From the NCBI GenBank assembly GCA_964016885.1, contig OZ024744.1, forward strand, positions 35,650,001-35,714,000: a stretch of 64,000 nt of DNA, in the 5' to 3' direction. Made by a program: the position numbers and the translations under genes. This DNA comes from Eledone cirrhosa. Its lineage: Eukaryota. The notes below the pieces were generated by a model. It had not been told where the DNA came from. It did no database searches and worked only from the letters and a program-made list of their open reading frames with translations. Positions 49,694-63,600 of this stretch are shown in pieces; position 1 is the stretch's first letter, and each line of letters begins with the position of its first letter.

Positions 49694-52450
49694 TATTATT
49701 GTTATTATTATTATTATTATTATTATTACAGTTGCATTTATCTTGCTTTATGTTCATACGAGTTATCACCAAGTCACAACCAGTGACCTCAAGAGACAAC
49801 AAGGTCCGCCATGTTCAAGAAAGAACATACATACTCACACATGCATCTTTAGTGTTTAGACTTGTGATGTACTTATATTGACAGAATCCCATTAGTACTA
49901 TCTTTTGTATTTCTCCTATACGCGGGTTTCCTGGGATTTGCAATAAGTAATCATTAGACCCCTTAGGTATCATTCCCAGAGCACCTACAACCACTGGTAT
50001 TGTTTTAGTTCTCAATTTCCACATTTTTCCAATTTCTATCTCCAGGTCCTTATACTTGCTCAATTTTTTAAATGTTTTTATAGATACATTCTTGTCTATT
50101 GGAACGGACATATCAATTAGCAGGCATACCCTCTTTTTAAAGTCCTTCAATATTATATCAGGTCTATTTGCATCTATTTTTTGGTCTGTTTGGATGCTAA
50201 AGTTCCACAAGATTGAGATGTGATCTTTTTCAAGTATGGGAGGTGGTTGATGCTCCCACCAATTCTTTTGATGGGGCAGGTCAAAATGCTTACACATTAT
50301 CCAATGTATGTATTGTGCAGCTCTGTCATGCCTGTTTAGGTATTCGGTTGGAGCTATAGGACTGCACATTGAAATTATATGGTCAATGGTCTCTGGTTGT
50401 TTTTTGCATACACAGCATAATGGGCTGCATCCATTTTTTATTATGTTGGCTTGGTAATTTTTTGTTGGCAGACACTGATCTTGTGCTGATATAATCAGTC
50501 CTTCAGTCTCCGATTTCAGTCCAGAGGATGCCAATCACTGATGGGTTAAAGTTTTGTCAACATCAGGATTGTTAGCTCGTTCTGGGTATTTTCCATACAG
50601 AGGCTTTTCTTGCCATTTCTTAGCCAGTTTCTGTAGCAGTTCTTTCTTTGCAGTTACTTTTACCTGCTTTGCTTTTTCTGTGTTTTCCATTTCAGCAGTA
50701 AATGGGACTTCTGGAATGTGTAGTCCATTACTGTATCTTTGTGCATCTTTTGTAATGGAGTATGATCTTTTGATGCTTTCGTGTTTCAAAACGAGTTTGA
50801 TCATCCAATCATGTGATTCCCTTAGATATGTAGATAATCCAATTGTTGCAGTTTTCAACGCAATGTCTAACTGGATTGACCCACGGCCTCCTTCTTTCCT
50901 AGGGAGATATATTCTATCTGTATCTGCCTTAGGGTGATGCATTCTGTGCATGGTTAAGAATTTTCGAATTTTTGTATCGAGCCTACGGATCTCTGTGCTT
51001 GACCAGTTGATGACATTGTAACTGTAGGTTACTACTGGTATGGCAAGCGTGTTTATGGCATCGATCCTATTCCTTGCATTCAATTCCGTTCTTAAGATTG
51101 CTCTTACTCTGCGGTAACATTCCTTCCTTATCCTTTCCCTCATTGTCGAGTGCTTGATTCCGTCTCCTTCACAAACACCTAGATATTTGTAAGTTTTTTC
51201 TTGATCAAGTTCTCTTATCACATTCCCCCGATCAAGATTAATGTCTGAACTCTTCAGCAGCTTTCCTCTGGTGAACGTTGCTTTGGCGCATTTATCTAGT
51301 CCAAACTCCATTTTAATGTCATCACTGAACTGCTCCAGAGTGGATAATAGCCCTTGCAATTGTTCATCATTTTTTGCAAATAGTTTCAGGTCATCCATGT
51401 AGAACAAGTGATTAATGGTTTTGTCATAGACTTTATATCCATGTTTTGTTTCATTGAGCATTTTACTTCATGGTATAAGTGCGATGCAGAATAAAAGCGG
51501 TGATAAAGAGTCACCCTGAATAATTCCACAATTAATATTAACTTCTCCAGCTTCCAGTGATTTTGTTTCACTATTCAAAAGGAGTGTCGTTTTCCATGTC
51601 TTCATACTGAATGACAAAAACCTCCTGACAACGGGGGATATTTTGAAAATCTCTAAACATTTTTCAATCCAACTGTGTGGCAAACTATCGAATGCTTTTT
51701 TATAATCTATCCAAGCAATTGATAGATTTTTGTGTCTATTATGACAATCTTCCAGTATCATAACCAAAAGCTGATCCTTACAGCCATATGAGCCTCGTTT
51801 ACACCCTTTCTGCTCAATGGGAAATAGGTCATTTGTTATCAGGTGGTCATATGTATATTCAGTTAGGACTGATGTTAAAATTTTATACATTGTGGTCAAG
51901 CAAGTTATCGGTCTGTAATTTTTGGGATTGTTTGTCTCATCATTCTTCGGAAGCAGGAATGTAATGCCGTTAACTAGCCATGATGGTATCTTTTCTGGCT
52001 CCTTAACTATTTCATTGTAAAGTTGGGCTAACAGCTCGTGAGACTCTGTGAAGGCATTTATCCAAAAATTTTGTATTTTGTCTTTTCCTGGGGATTTCCA
52101 TTTGCTGGTTTTTCTTAGAGCCAAGCACAACTGTTCAACTGTTATATTTTCCCATATTTGTTCTTCAAGGTGAGCTGTATCTTTCATTTATCTGTCTATC
52201 CATGGGGCATGTATGTTATGAACTTTTTCTTCGGCCCAGATCTTTTCCTAGAATTCTTGCACTTCCTCCTTGGGTGGTATTGATTTAGCAGTTATTATTG
52301 ACTTACCAATTTTTCTGTAGAAGTTTCTTTGGTTGTTTTTGAACATATTATTGTCCTTATAGAATCTAGATCGTTTTTCAAAGCGCCTTATACGAGCAGC
52401 TTTGGCCGACACTTTTTGCTTGATTATTTCTATCAGCATGTCTATGTCAC

Positions 52451-52452
<2 letters not shown>
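49694..52452 (-). mobile_element. R4/Dong-like non-LTR retrotransposon (RT plus REL endonuclease), 5'-truncated and decayed
   Basis: WKSPGKDKI, NYRPITCL, WIDYKKAFDS, GIIQGDSLSPLLF, HLFYMDDLK, CCHC C..C...ETIDHIISMC, RHD, RPDII, IDMSVP, KLSKYKDL. (TAA)n tail. Stop at 50535 and frameshifts. Confidence 0.93.
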
Positions 52453-52453
<1 letters not shown>

Positions 52454-52498
<45 letters not shown>

Positions 52499-52686
52499 AG
52501 TTGCATTTATCTTGCTTTATGTTCATACGAGTTATCACCAAGTCACAACCAGTGACCTCAAGAGACAACAAGGTCCGCCATGTTCAAGGAAGAACATACA
52601 TACTCACACATCTCACACATGCATCTTTAGTGTTTAGACTTGTGATGTACTTATATTGACAGAATCTTCCTTAGTATATGGGCAGT
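52454..52686 (-). mobile_element. Short second copy of the same R4/Dong-like element (3' end only)
   Basis: 52497-52667 repeats 49728-49887; reads TAHILRKILSI*; flanked by (ATT)n on both sides. Confidence 0.9.
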
Positions 52687-52697
52687 TATTATTATTA

Positions 52698-52734
<37 letters not shown>

Positions 52735-52762
52735 TATCATGATCTTTTTTTAACTCTTCCAG

Positions 52763-53493
52763 GCGTTTTCAGTATGGTTGAACATGTTATTCTTGTTGGT
52801 GTTGGTGGTGCCGTTCCTCACTTTTCAGACTTCGAGAAGCATGTTCGACTTGGAGATGTGGTGGTGTCTATGCCTATTGATCGAAGTGGTTCAATCTATG
52901 TTCATTGTCAACGGGTTGAGAAAATACCTAATTCTATTGGCTATAGTTATGTGACACAATCATGGGCATCAGCCAATAACAGCCTTCAAAAAGCTGTCGA
53001 AAAGCTCAGACAGACTGTTGATCGGAATCCCAACATTTCAAGACCATGGGATTTCTACATTGAAGAAGGAAGAGAACTTCTTGAATCTGAAGAATCAGAT
53101 TTCAATCGTCCATCTATTATGCGTGATAAGCTTTTTGCCACCCAACCTAATGGTACTGTTGTCCAATATGAGCACCCCAAACCATTAGGTGCCCAATACC
53201 AATCATATACACAGGGTCAGGTGACTGTTAGATATGGAGTTATTGGCTCTGGCAGATTGGTGACCCACAATGAAGAAATGCGCAAAGAATTTGCCCAGCT
53301 GAATGGCATCAAGGCTTTCGATTTGGAATTTGAGGCCGTTCTTGACTCGCTGGAAGGAAGTAGAAATTGCAGTTACATCATAATACGAGGAATGGCAGAT
53401 TATGGTGATGGAACCGGGAAGAAAGGTTGGCAACCATATGCTGCACTTGTTGCTGCTGGTTACATGAAGTCTTTGTTATACGTGCTTGATTGA
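52763..53493 (+). CDS. Terminal exon of a PNP_UDP_1 nucleoside phosphorylase/nucleosidase-like gene
   Basis: tttttttaactcttccAG acceptor (phase 1). Motifs VILVGVGGAVP, HVRLGDVVVS, VRYGVIGSG, AFDLEF, IIRGMADY.DG..KKGWQPYAALVAAGYMKSLL. TGA at 53491-53493. Confidence 0.92.
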
Positions 53494-53567
53494 TTGTATA
53501 CATTGTTGTTGGTGTAAAATATTTTCTGCTAAAGATACACTAATATCAGCTTTGGTAAGGTTTTATT

Positions 53568-53585
53568 AATAAAATTACGAATAAA
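53568..53585 (+). promoter_or_regulatory. Candidate polyadenylation signals
   Basis: AATAAA at 53568 and 53580, 75-90 nt after the stop codon; could be chance in AT-rich DNA. Confidence 0.4.
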
Positions 53586-53865
53586 GTAATTTGCATAACC
53601 TGCTGGTGTGGATATGTAAAAAAGTAAAAAATAAAACAAAATAAAAAACATGAAAACAAAAACATAAATGGAAAAAAAAAATTGAATTATATAGACACTT
53701 TATCTATATCATTTTTTACTTGCTTTTTATATACACAAATATACATACTTTCACACTCACACACAGAAATATACACACATGCATACATATACATGCAGCC
53801 ACACACATACACAGACTTGATTCTATAAATGTTTCTGATACATGTAATTTGATTATATACACAAA

Positions 53866-53905
<40 letters not shown>

Positions 53906-54431
53906 ACAACATTTTAGTTACTTCTTACTTATGTATATATATATATATAAATATATATATATATATGCCGACATATATCCCGAAAAACTCTTGAACCCAG
54001 TAAAATAATAAAAGTATAGAAGAAAATAATATAAATATATATGTCTATATATACATACACATATGTACAAATGTATGTTTATGCTTAACTTAAGAAACAT
54101 TGGGTACAGTTGAAATTTGAAATAAGTGCATCTCAAGGAAAATGATGATAACTAGTAAATCGCTATAAAGTAAATTGGGTAAAGTACCCTTGGAGATGGA
54201 GAAAAATGGCTAGAGGTGCTTCTGCCAACCTCTGCTGTCTCCAGGAGTACTTTACCAGATTTTCTCAACTATAACTTATAGCGATTGCCTATTGTTATTA
54301 TAATTTTCCTGATATATTATTGTGGTCATTTGTGTTGTGATTCATACATTTCAATTATATATATATATTAGTACATGGGATTCTGATGGTCAAGATTATG
54401 TGTGTATATATCATATGTATATATACATATG

Positions 54432-54488
<57 letters not shown>

Positions 54489-54567
54489 ATAATAGATACA
54501 AAATCTATAGGGTGAAAGCAGAAATTCTTTGCTTAAACTTTAATCTGTACTAATTATAAATATGTAC

Positions 54568-54821
<254 letters not shown>

Positions 54822-56499
54822 ATTGCATGCAACTATTGCATTCATAAATAAAATAAAATAAAATAATATAGAATTTAACACAAAATGGTGTGTATGCTTG
54901 TTTCGGACAGTATAAGCAATTTTTTCGAGAGTTACACACAGATGCATGTAGATGTAATAAAAGCATACACACACAAAAAGACACACACATACATGCACAC
55001 ACACATGCTTCAGTCATATACACCCACAGAAAATTTTCGCAAATATTTCATCATTTCTCTAAACCATCGAAAAAGAAAAACTAGCAGTTCCTTTTTTATT
55101 TTTTAAAGAATTTTTTAATGCTTTGAACTGTTTGAATGTCAACAACAGAAATTTTTATCAATTATAAACAACTACGTTAAAAAAACACCATATTTGTTGA
55201 TTTGTTATTTTTTTTTCTTTTTGTCATTTTTAATACTATTATTATCATTATTCAAATCCCACCATGGGCAACGTTATCTTTCATCCTTCTTGGGTCATTA
55301 AAATAACATACCGGTTAAGTACTGGCTTCAATTTTTTCAACTTTTCCCAGTCTCAAACTCCCAAATTGCTGATCTTGTGCTTAAATTAGAAATAATAATT
55401 ATTTATATTATCATCATCATCATCATCATCACCTTTCTGATGATCACTATTGTTACATTATTCTCATTAACTTTATTAATAATAGCAGTGAAGTACTAGG
55501 CTCAATATGATTGACTGTCCCCTGTCACCAATTTTTTACCCTTTAAATAATAAATATTGGTACTCTGAAATAGCGATGTATGTAAAGTATATTTGATGAT
55601 ATACTGTATATTTATTTTAAAACATTTTGAAGACCATTCTCTATGAGTTCTAAAGTAGTGATTACGTCACGTAATTAGTCTTGGCAAAAGCAAATAAATA
55701 AATAATTATTATTTTATTATTATTATTACTATTTTACTATTATTATTATTTATTTATTTATTTATTTATTTATTATTATTATTTTTATTATTATTATTAT
55801 TATTATCATTTTGACCTCTGATGTGAAAGCCAAGCTTCGTTTCAGCTTCAGTTATTTCAAAGGTATTTGATCTTTTTTTTTGCCGTTTCTAACCTTTTAT
55901 TTAAATTTTCAACTTGATAAAAGATAAATAAGTGAACCTGCTTGTTGCAGGTAATAAGGAACTAACAAGAGTCATGTTTGAAGAGACACTCTTATGGGGT
56001 GGTTTCAAACAATAAAAAAAATTTCAATTGCTTTTCAACACAGTTATGGATTCCCTGTTGTGTCATTGTGACGTCTTTCCAATACAGTATATCGAGAGGG
56101 AGAGAGAGAGTACATGGCGGCTATCATTTGTCAATAAACAGACAATAGCAAAAGAAATTAATAAAACCATATTGTTAAACCAAACAATACGGTTTCATAC
56201 AGCAATAATAATTGCTCAAACATTATTTGCAACAACATAAACAACAACAACAGCAACAACACCAATAACAGTTGTAATAGAAACAAATTCAATGAAATGA
56301 AACCGTTTGTACATGAAAGTAAAACCAACAACATGACAAGTGTTTCCAAAAATGAATTTAACAACACCACCAACAACAATTACAACAACAACAATAGCAG
56401 TATTAAGAGGGCTAACCAACAACAGCAAATACAAGCACCCATCTCTCTTTTGCTAGTGCTACAAAACTCTCTTTCCCAAAAGTGGACTAATCTGAGGAA

Positions 56500-57120
56500 G
56501 AGGTCAACAAGGCCAGGCAATCGGTGAAACAAGCTGAACAAGCAGCCAGACTCATCAACCTGGTCAACACAATATCAAAACACAGTGTTTTACCGTACTA
56601 TTGGAGTAACATTGAAAGAAATGGAAAGAGCCACTGAGGCTCAAATCAAAAAAGCATTAGGTTCTATTTGGAACTTAAAAGATTACATCCAGTTAGTAAG
56701 AAATTATGGAACAGTGGAAGTGAGATTTGAGACAAAGGAAGAAGCAAAAATCTCACTCCCTGAAACCCCTGAAAATTGTCGATCTCTTGTTAGTTCCTTA
56801 TTACTGTGGCCAGAGGTTAGCAAGAATCCATCACCAGCAGATGCCACTAGAGATAGTTATTCTTTGGTTAAATGCTGCAGATACTAGAAATCAAGGAAAA
56901 TGCAAAGATCCCTAAAGCCAACCAGATCAAAAAAGAGAACTGGTCAGGACATGATGTAGAAATCCTCATACAAACCAGTCAGATTGTTGATGCTATCTCA
57001 GAACAAAGCCATATCCCACAGGGCATCATCTTGTCCATTAAAGTGGAGGGGAGAAAGGTCAAGTGTCACATTTACATTTTGACAACACACTTGAGAGTTT
57101 TCTGTAAACACTGAAGGAGA
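56500..57120 (+). mobile_element. Decayed LINE ORF1 (Tx1/L1-like gag with zinc-knuckle remnant)
   Basis: Frameshifted peptides YGTVEVRFETKEEAK...LLVPYYCGQRLARI...IKVEGRKVKCHIYILTTHLRVFC, a decayed CX2CX4HX4C, flanked by ACA-rich low-complexity sequence. Confidence 0.55.
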
Positions 57121-57692
57121 AAAAGAAGAGACCCCATCTTTTTCTAATAACAAGGAACCCATTAACAACAACCAACAAAATCCAGAGAACAACGATCTCA
57201 ACACCAACAACAGCAGCTACACCAACAACACAAACTGCAACATATAAAAACAGCAACAGATAGGCCAACAACAGCAATAACACCAACCCACACTATGGCA
57301 ACAAAACCATTCTCCCAGTTACCTCTCAATTCAAATATAGGACATGCCACTTCCTGATTGTAAATAGACATGAGGAAGAATGGAAAAGAGTAACAAAAAT
57401 AAGAAAAGAGACAAAAGAACAACAATAAAAACAATGAACAAATCTCATCTTCCAAGAGTGGAGAGGCAACAAATAAAGGCTGCAAGGCTAAAATCCCAGC
57501 AGACAAACATCACCACCACCATTGCCACAGAGACCCTACACACCACCACAGCCACGATCAACAGAAACATAACCACACCCACACTCACAACAACAACAAA
57601 ATCAAACACAAGGCAAAGTGACAAACATAAAAAACTACATGGAACAAAAAAATATATAAATAATAAAATACATTAAAACACACAGAGAGATT

Positions 57693-60600
57693 TGACAACA
57701 CCAACAGTCCCCATACTTACACACACATTGAGACACCAACAGTCCCGATACTTACATACTCAGACACCAACATTCCCCATAGCTAGATACATATTGAGAC
57801 ACCAACAGTCCCCATACCTACATATCATTCAGACATCAACAGGTCCCATACCTACATACTTATTCAGACATCAACAGTCCCCATACCAACACATCATTCA
57901 AACATCAAAAGTCCCCATACCTACATTCATATTGAGACACCAACAGTCTCCATACTTACATACATATTCAGACATCAACAGTCCCCATAACTACATATGT
58001 ATCATTCAGACACCAATAGTCTCCATACCTACACACATATCATTCAGACACCAACAGACCCCATACTTACATACATATCATTCAGACACCGACAGTCCCC
58101 ATACCTACACACATATCATTCATACACCAATAGTCCCCATACTTACATACATATTGAGACACCAACAGTCCCCATACCTACACACACATTCAGCCAACAA
58201 CAGTCCCCATACCTACACACAAATATTCAGACACCAACAGTCCCTATACTTTCATATTCAGACACCAACAGTCCCCATACCTACACACATATCATTCAGA
58301 CACCAACAGTCCCCATACCAACATACATATCATTCAGACACCAACAGTACCCATATTACATACATATTGAGACACCAACAGTCCCCATACCTACATACAT
58401 ATTCAGACATCAACAGTCCCCATAGCTACACACATATAATTCAGACATCAACAGTCCCCATACCTACACATTTATTCAGACATCAACAGTCCCCATACCT
58501 ATATACATATCATTCAGACACCAACAGTCCCCATACCTACATAAATCTCATTCAGACACCAACAATCCCCATACCTACACACATATTCAGACACCAACAG
58601 TCCCCATACCTACATACATATCATTCAGACACCAACAGCCCCATACTTACATATAATTCAGACATCAACAGTACCCATACCTACACAGATTGAGACACCA
58701 ACAGTCCTCATACTTACACACATATCATTCATACACCAACGGTCTCCATGCTTACATACATATTAAGACACCAACAGTCCCCAAACCTACATACATATTC
58801 AGACATCAGTAGTCCCCATACTTACATACATATACAGACACGAACAATCCCCTTACCTACATACATATCATTCACACACCAACAGTCCCCATACCTACAC
58901 ACACGTATTCAGACACCAACAGTCCCCATACCTACATACATATTCAGACTCCAACAGTCCCCATAGCTACATACATATTCAGACACCTATAGTCCCCATA
59001 CCTACATATATATCATTCAGACACCAACAGTCCCCATACCTACACACATATCATTCAGACACTAACAGTCCCCATACCTACATACATATCATTCAGACAC
59101 CAACAGTCCCTATATCTACATACATTTCATTCAGACATAAATAGTTCCCATACTTACATATTCATACACCAACAGTCCCCATACCTACATACATATGATT
59201 TAGACACCAACAGTCCCCATACTTACACACATATCATTCATACACCAACCGTCCCGATACTTATTTACATATTTAGACATCAACAGTTCCCAATCCTACA
59301 TACATATTCAGACATCAAAGGTCCCCATACTTACATACATATTCAGACACAAACAGTCCCCATACCTACATACATATTGAGACACCAACAGTCCCCATAC
59401 CTACATAAATAAATATTCAGACACCAACATTCCCCATGCCAACACACATATCATTCAGACATCAACAGACCCCATACTTACATACATATCAATCAGACAC
59501 CAACATTCCCCATACCTACACACATATCATTCAGACACCAACAAACCCCATACTTACATACATATCATTCATACACCAACGGTCCCCATTCCTACACACA
59601 TATCCTTCAGGCACCAACAGTCCCCATACCTACACACATATCATTCAGACACCAACAGTCCCCATACCTACACACACATATTCAGACACCAACAGTCCCC
59701 ATATTTACACACATATCATTCATACACCTACGGTCCCCATACTTACATACATATTGAGAGACCCACAGTCCCCAAATCTACATACATATTCAGACATCTT
59801 CAGTCCCCATACTTACATACATATTTAGACATAAACAGTCCCCATACCTACCTACATATCATTCAGACACCAACAGTCGCCATACCTACCACATATTCAG
59901 ACTCCAACAGGCCCCGTAGCTACATACATATTGAGACGGCAACAGTCCCCATACCTACACACATATCTTTCAGACACCAACAGTCCCCACACTTACATAC
60001 ATATCATTCAGACACCAACATTCCCCATACCTACACACATATCATTCAGACACCAACAGACCCCATACTTACATACATATCATTCATACACCAACAGTCC
60101 CCTTACTTACATACATATTGAGTCACCAACAGTCCCCATACCTACACACACATTCAGCCAACAACAGTCCCCATACCTACAAACAAATATTCAGACACCA
60201 ACAGTCCCCATACTTACATATTCAGACACCAACAGTCTCCATAGCTACATACATATCACTCAGACACCAACAGTACCCATATTACATACATATTGAGACA
60301 CCAACAGTCCCCATGCCTACATACATATTCAGACATCGACTGTCCCCATACCTACTTATATATTGAACAGCAACAGTCCCCATACTTACATAGTCAAACA
60401 CCAAATGTCAGCATACCTATATACATATCATGCAGACACCAACCATACCTACACACATATCATTCAGAGACCAACAGTCCCCATACTTACACACACATTG
60501 AGACACCAACAGTCCCGATACTTACATACTCAGACACCAACATTCCCCATAGCTACATACATATTGAGACACCAACAGTCCCCATACCTACAGACATATT

Positions 60601-63600
60601 CAGCCAACAACAGTCCCCATACCTACATACATATTGAGACACCAACAGTCCCATACCTACATACATATAATTCAGACACCAACAATCCCCATACCTACTC
60701 ACATCATTTAGACACCAACAGTCCCCATACCTACATACATATTCAGACACCTCACAGTCCCCATACCTACATACATATTCAGACACCAACAGTCGCCACA
60801 CTTACATATTCAGACACCAACAGTCGCCACACTTACATATTCAGACACCAACAGTCGCCACACTTACATATTCAGACACCAACAGTCCCCATACCTACAC
60901 ACATATAGAGACACCAACAGTCCCCATACCTACAGACATATTCAGCCACCAACAGTCCCCATAGCGACATACATATTAAGACACCAACAGTCCCCATACC
61001 TACATACATATCATTCAGACACGAACAGTACCCATACTTACATAGATATTGAGACACCAACAGTCCCCATAGCTACATACATATTCAGACACCAACAGTC
61101 CCCATATCTACACACATATCATTCAGACACGAACAGTACCCATACTTACATAGATATTGAGACACCAACAGTCCCCATAGCTACATACATATTCAGACAC
61201 CAACAGTTCCCATACCTACATACATATTGAGACATCAACAGTCCCCATACCTACATACATATTGAGACACCAACAATCCCCATACCTACACATATTCAGA
61301 CACCAATATTCCACATACCTACACACATATTCAGACACCTACAGTCCCCATAGCTACATACATATTGAGACACACAGCATTCTCCATACCTACATATTGA
61401 GACACCAACAGTCCCCATACCTACATACATATTCAGACACCAACAGTCCCCATACCAATACACATATCATTCAGACACCAATAGTACCCATATTACATAC
61501 ATATTGAGACACCAACAGTCCCCATACCTACATACATATTCAGACATCAACAGTCCCCATAGCTGCACACATATAATTCAGACATCAACAGTCCCCATAC
61601 CTACACACATTGAGACACCAACAGTCCCCATACTTAGATACATATTCAGACATCAACAGTCCCCATAACTACATACATATCATTCAGACACCAACAGTCC
61701 CCATACCTACACACATCATTCAGACACCAATACTCCCCATAGCGACATACATATTGAGACACCAACAGTTCCCATACCTATACACATATCTTTCAGACAC
61801 CAACAGTCCCCATACCTACATACATATCATTCAGACACCAACAGTCCCCATACCTACATACATATCATTCAGACACCAACAGCCCCATACTTACATATAA
61901 TTCAGACATCAACAGTACCCATACCTACACAGATTGAGACACCAACAGTCCTCATACTTACACACATATCATTCATACACCAACGGTCTCCATGCTTACA
62001 TACATATTAAGACACTAACAGTCCCCAAACCTACATACATATTCAGACATCAGTAGTCCCCATACTTACATACATATACAGACACGAACAATCCCCTTAC
62101 CTACATACATATTCAGACACCAACAGTCCCATACCTACATACATATTCAGACTCCAACAGTCCCCATAGCTACATATATATCATTCAGACACCAACAGTC
62201 GCCATACCTACCTACATATTCAGACTCCAACAGTCCCCATACCTACATACATATTGAGACACCTACAGTCCCCATACCTACATAATATCATTCAGACACC
62301 AACAGTCCCCATACCTACACACATATCATTCAGACACCAACAGTCCCTATATCTACATACATTTCATTCAGACATAAATAGTTCCCATACTTACATATTC
62401 ATACACCAACAGACCCCATACCTACATACATATGATTTAGACACCAACAGTCCCCATACTTACACACATATCATTCATACACCAACCGTCCCGATACTTA
62501 TATACATATTTAGACATCAACAGTTCCCAATCCTACATACATATTCAGACATCAAAGGTCCCCATACTTACATACATATTCAGACACCAACAGTCCCCAT
62601 ACCTATATACATATCATTCAGACACCAACGGTCCCCATACCTACATACATACATATTCAGACATAAACATTCCCCATGCCTACACACATATCATTCAGAC
62701 ACCAACACACCCCATACTTACATACATATCAATCAGACACCAACAGTCCCCATTCCTACACACATATCCTTCAGGCATCAACAGTCCTCATACGTACATA
62801 AATCTCATTCAGACATCAACAGTCGCCATACCTTCACACACATATCAGACACCAACAGTCCCCATATTTACACACATATCATTCATACACCAACGGTCCC
62901 GATACTTACATACATATTGAGACACCCAGAGCCCCCAAATCTAAATACATATTCAGACATCTTCAGTCCCCATACTTACATACATATTTAGACATAAACA
63001 GTCCCCATACCTACATACATATCATTCAGACACCAACTTACTCTATACCTACCACATATTCAGACTCCAACAGTCCCCGTAGCTACATACATATTGAGAC
63101 GGCAACAGTCCCCATACTTACACACATATCTTTCAGACACCAACAGATCCCATACCTACATCTTATGATTCAGACACCAACAGTCTCCACACTTACATAC
63201 ATATCATTCAGACACCAACATTCCCCATACCTACAGACATATCATTCAGACACCAACAGACCCCATACTTACATACATATCATTCATACACCAACAGTCC
63301 CCATACTTACATATCCAGACACCAACAGTCCCCATACCTACACACATATCATTCAGACACCAACAGTACCCATATTACATACATATTGAGACACCAACAG
63401 TCCCCATGCCTACATACATATTCAGACATCAACTGTCTCCATACCTACTTACATATTGAGCAGCAACAGTCCCCATACTTACACACACATTGAGACACCA
63501 ACAGTCCCGATACTTACATACTCAGACACCAACATTCCCCATAGCTACATACATATTGAGACACCAACAGCCCCCATACCTACAGACATATTCAGCCACC

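Noticed and set aside
52248-52571. 107-aa ORF with poly-Asn
   Set aside because: Chimeric read-through from the short element's 3' UTR and (TAA)n tail into the truncated long element.
52678-52762. ATG start of the 271-aa ORF (MGSYYYYFIIII...)
   Set aside because: This part is retroelement end plus (ATT)n intron. Coding sequence begins at the acceptor at 52763 and joins exon 41643-41768.
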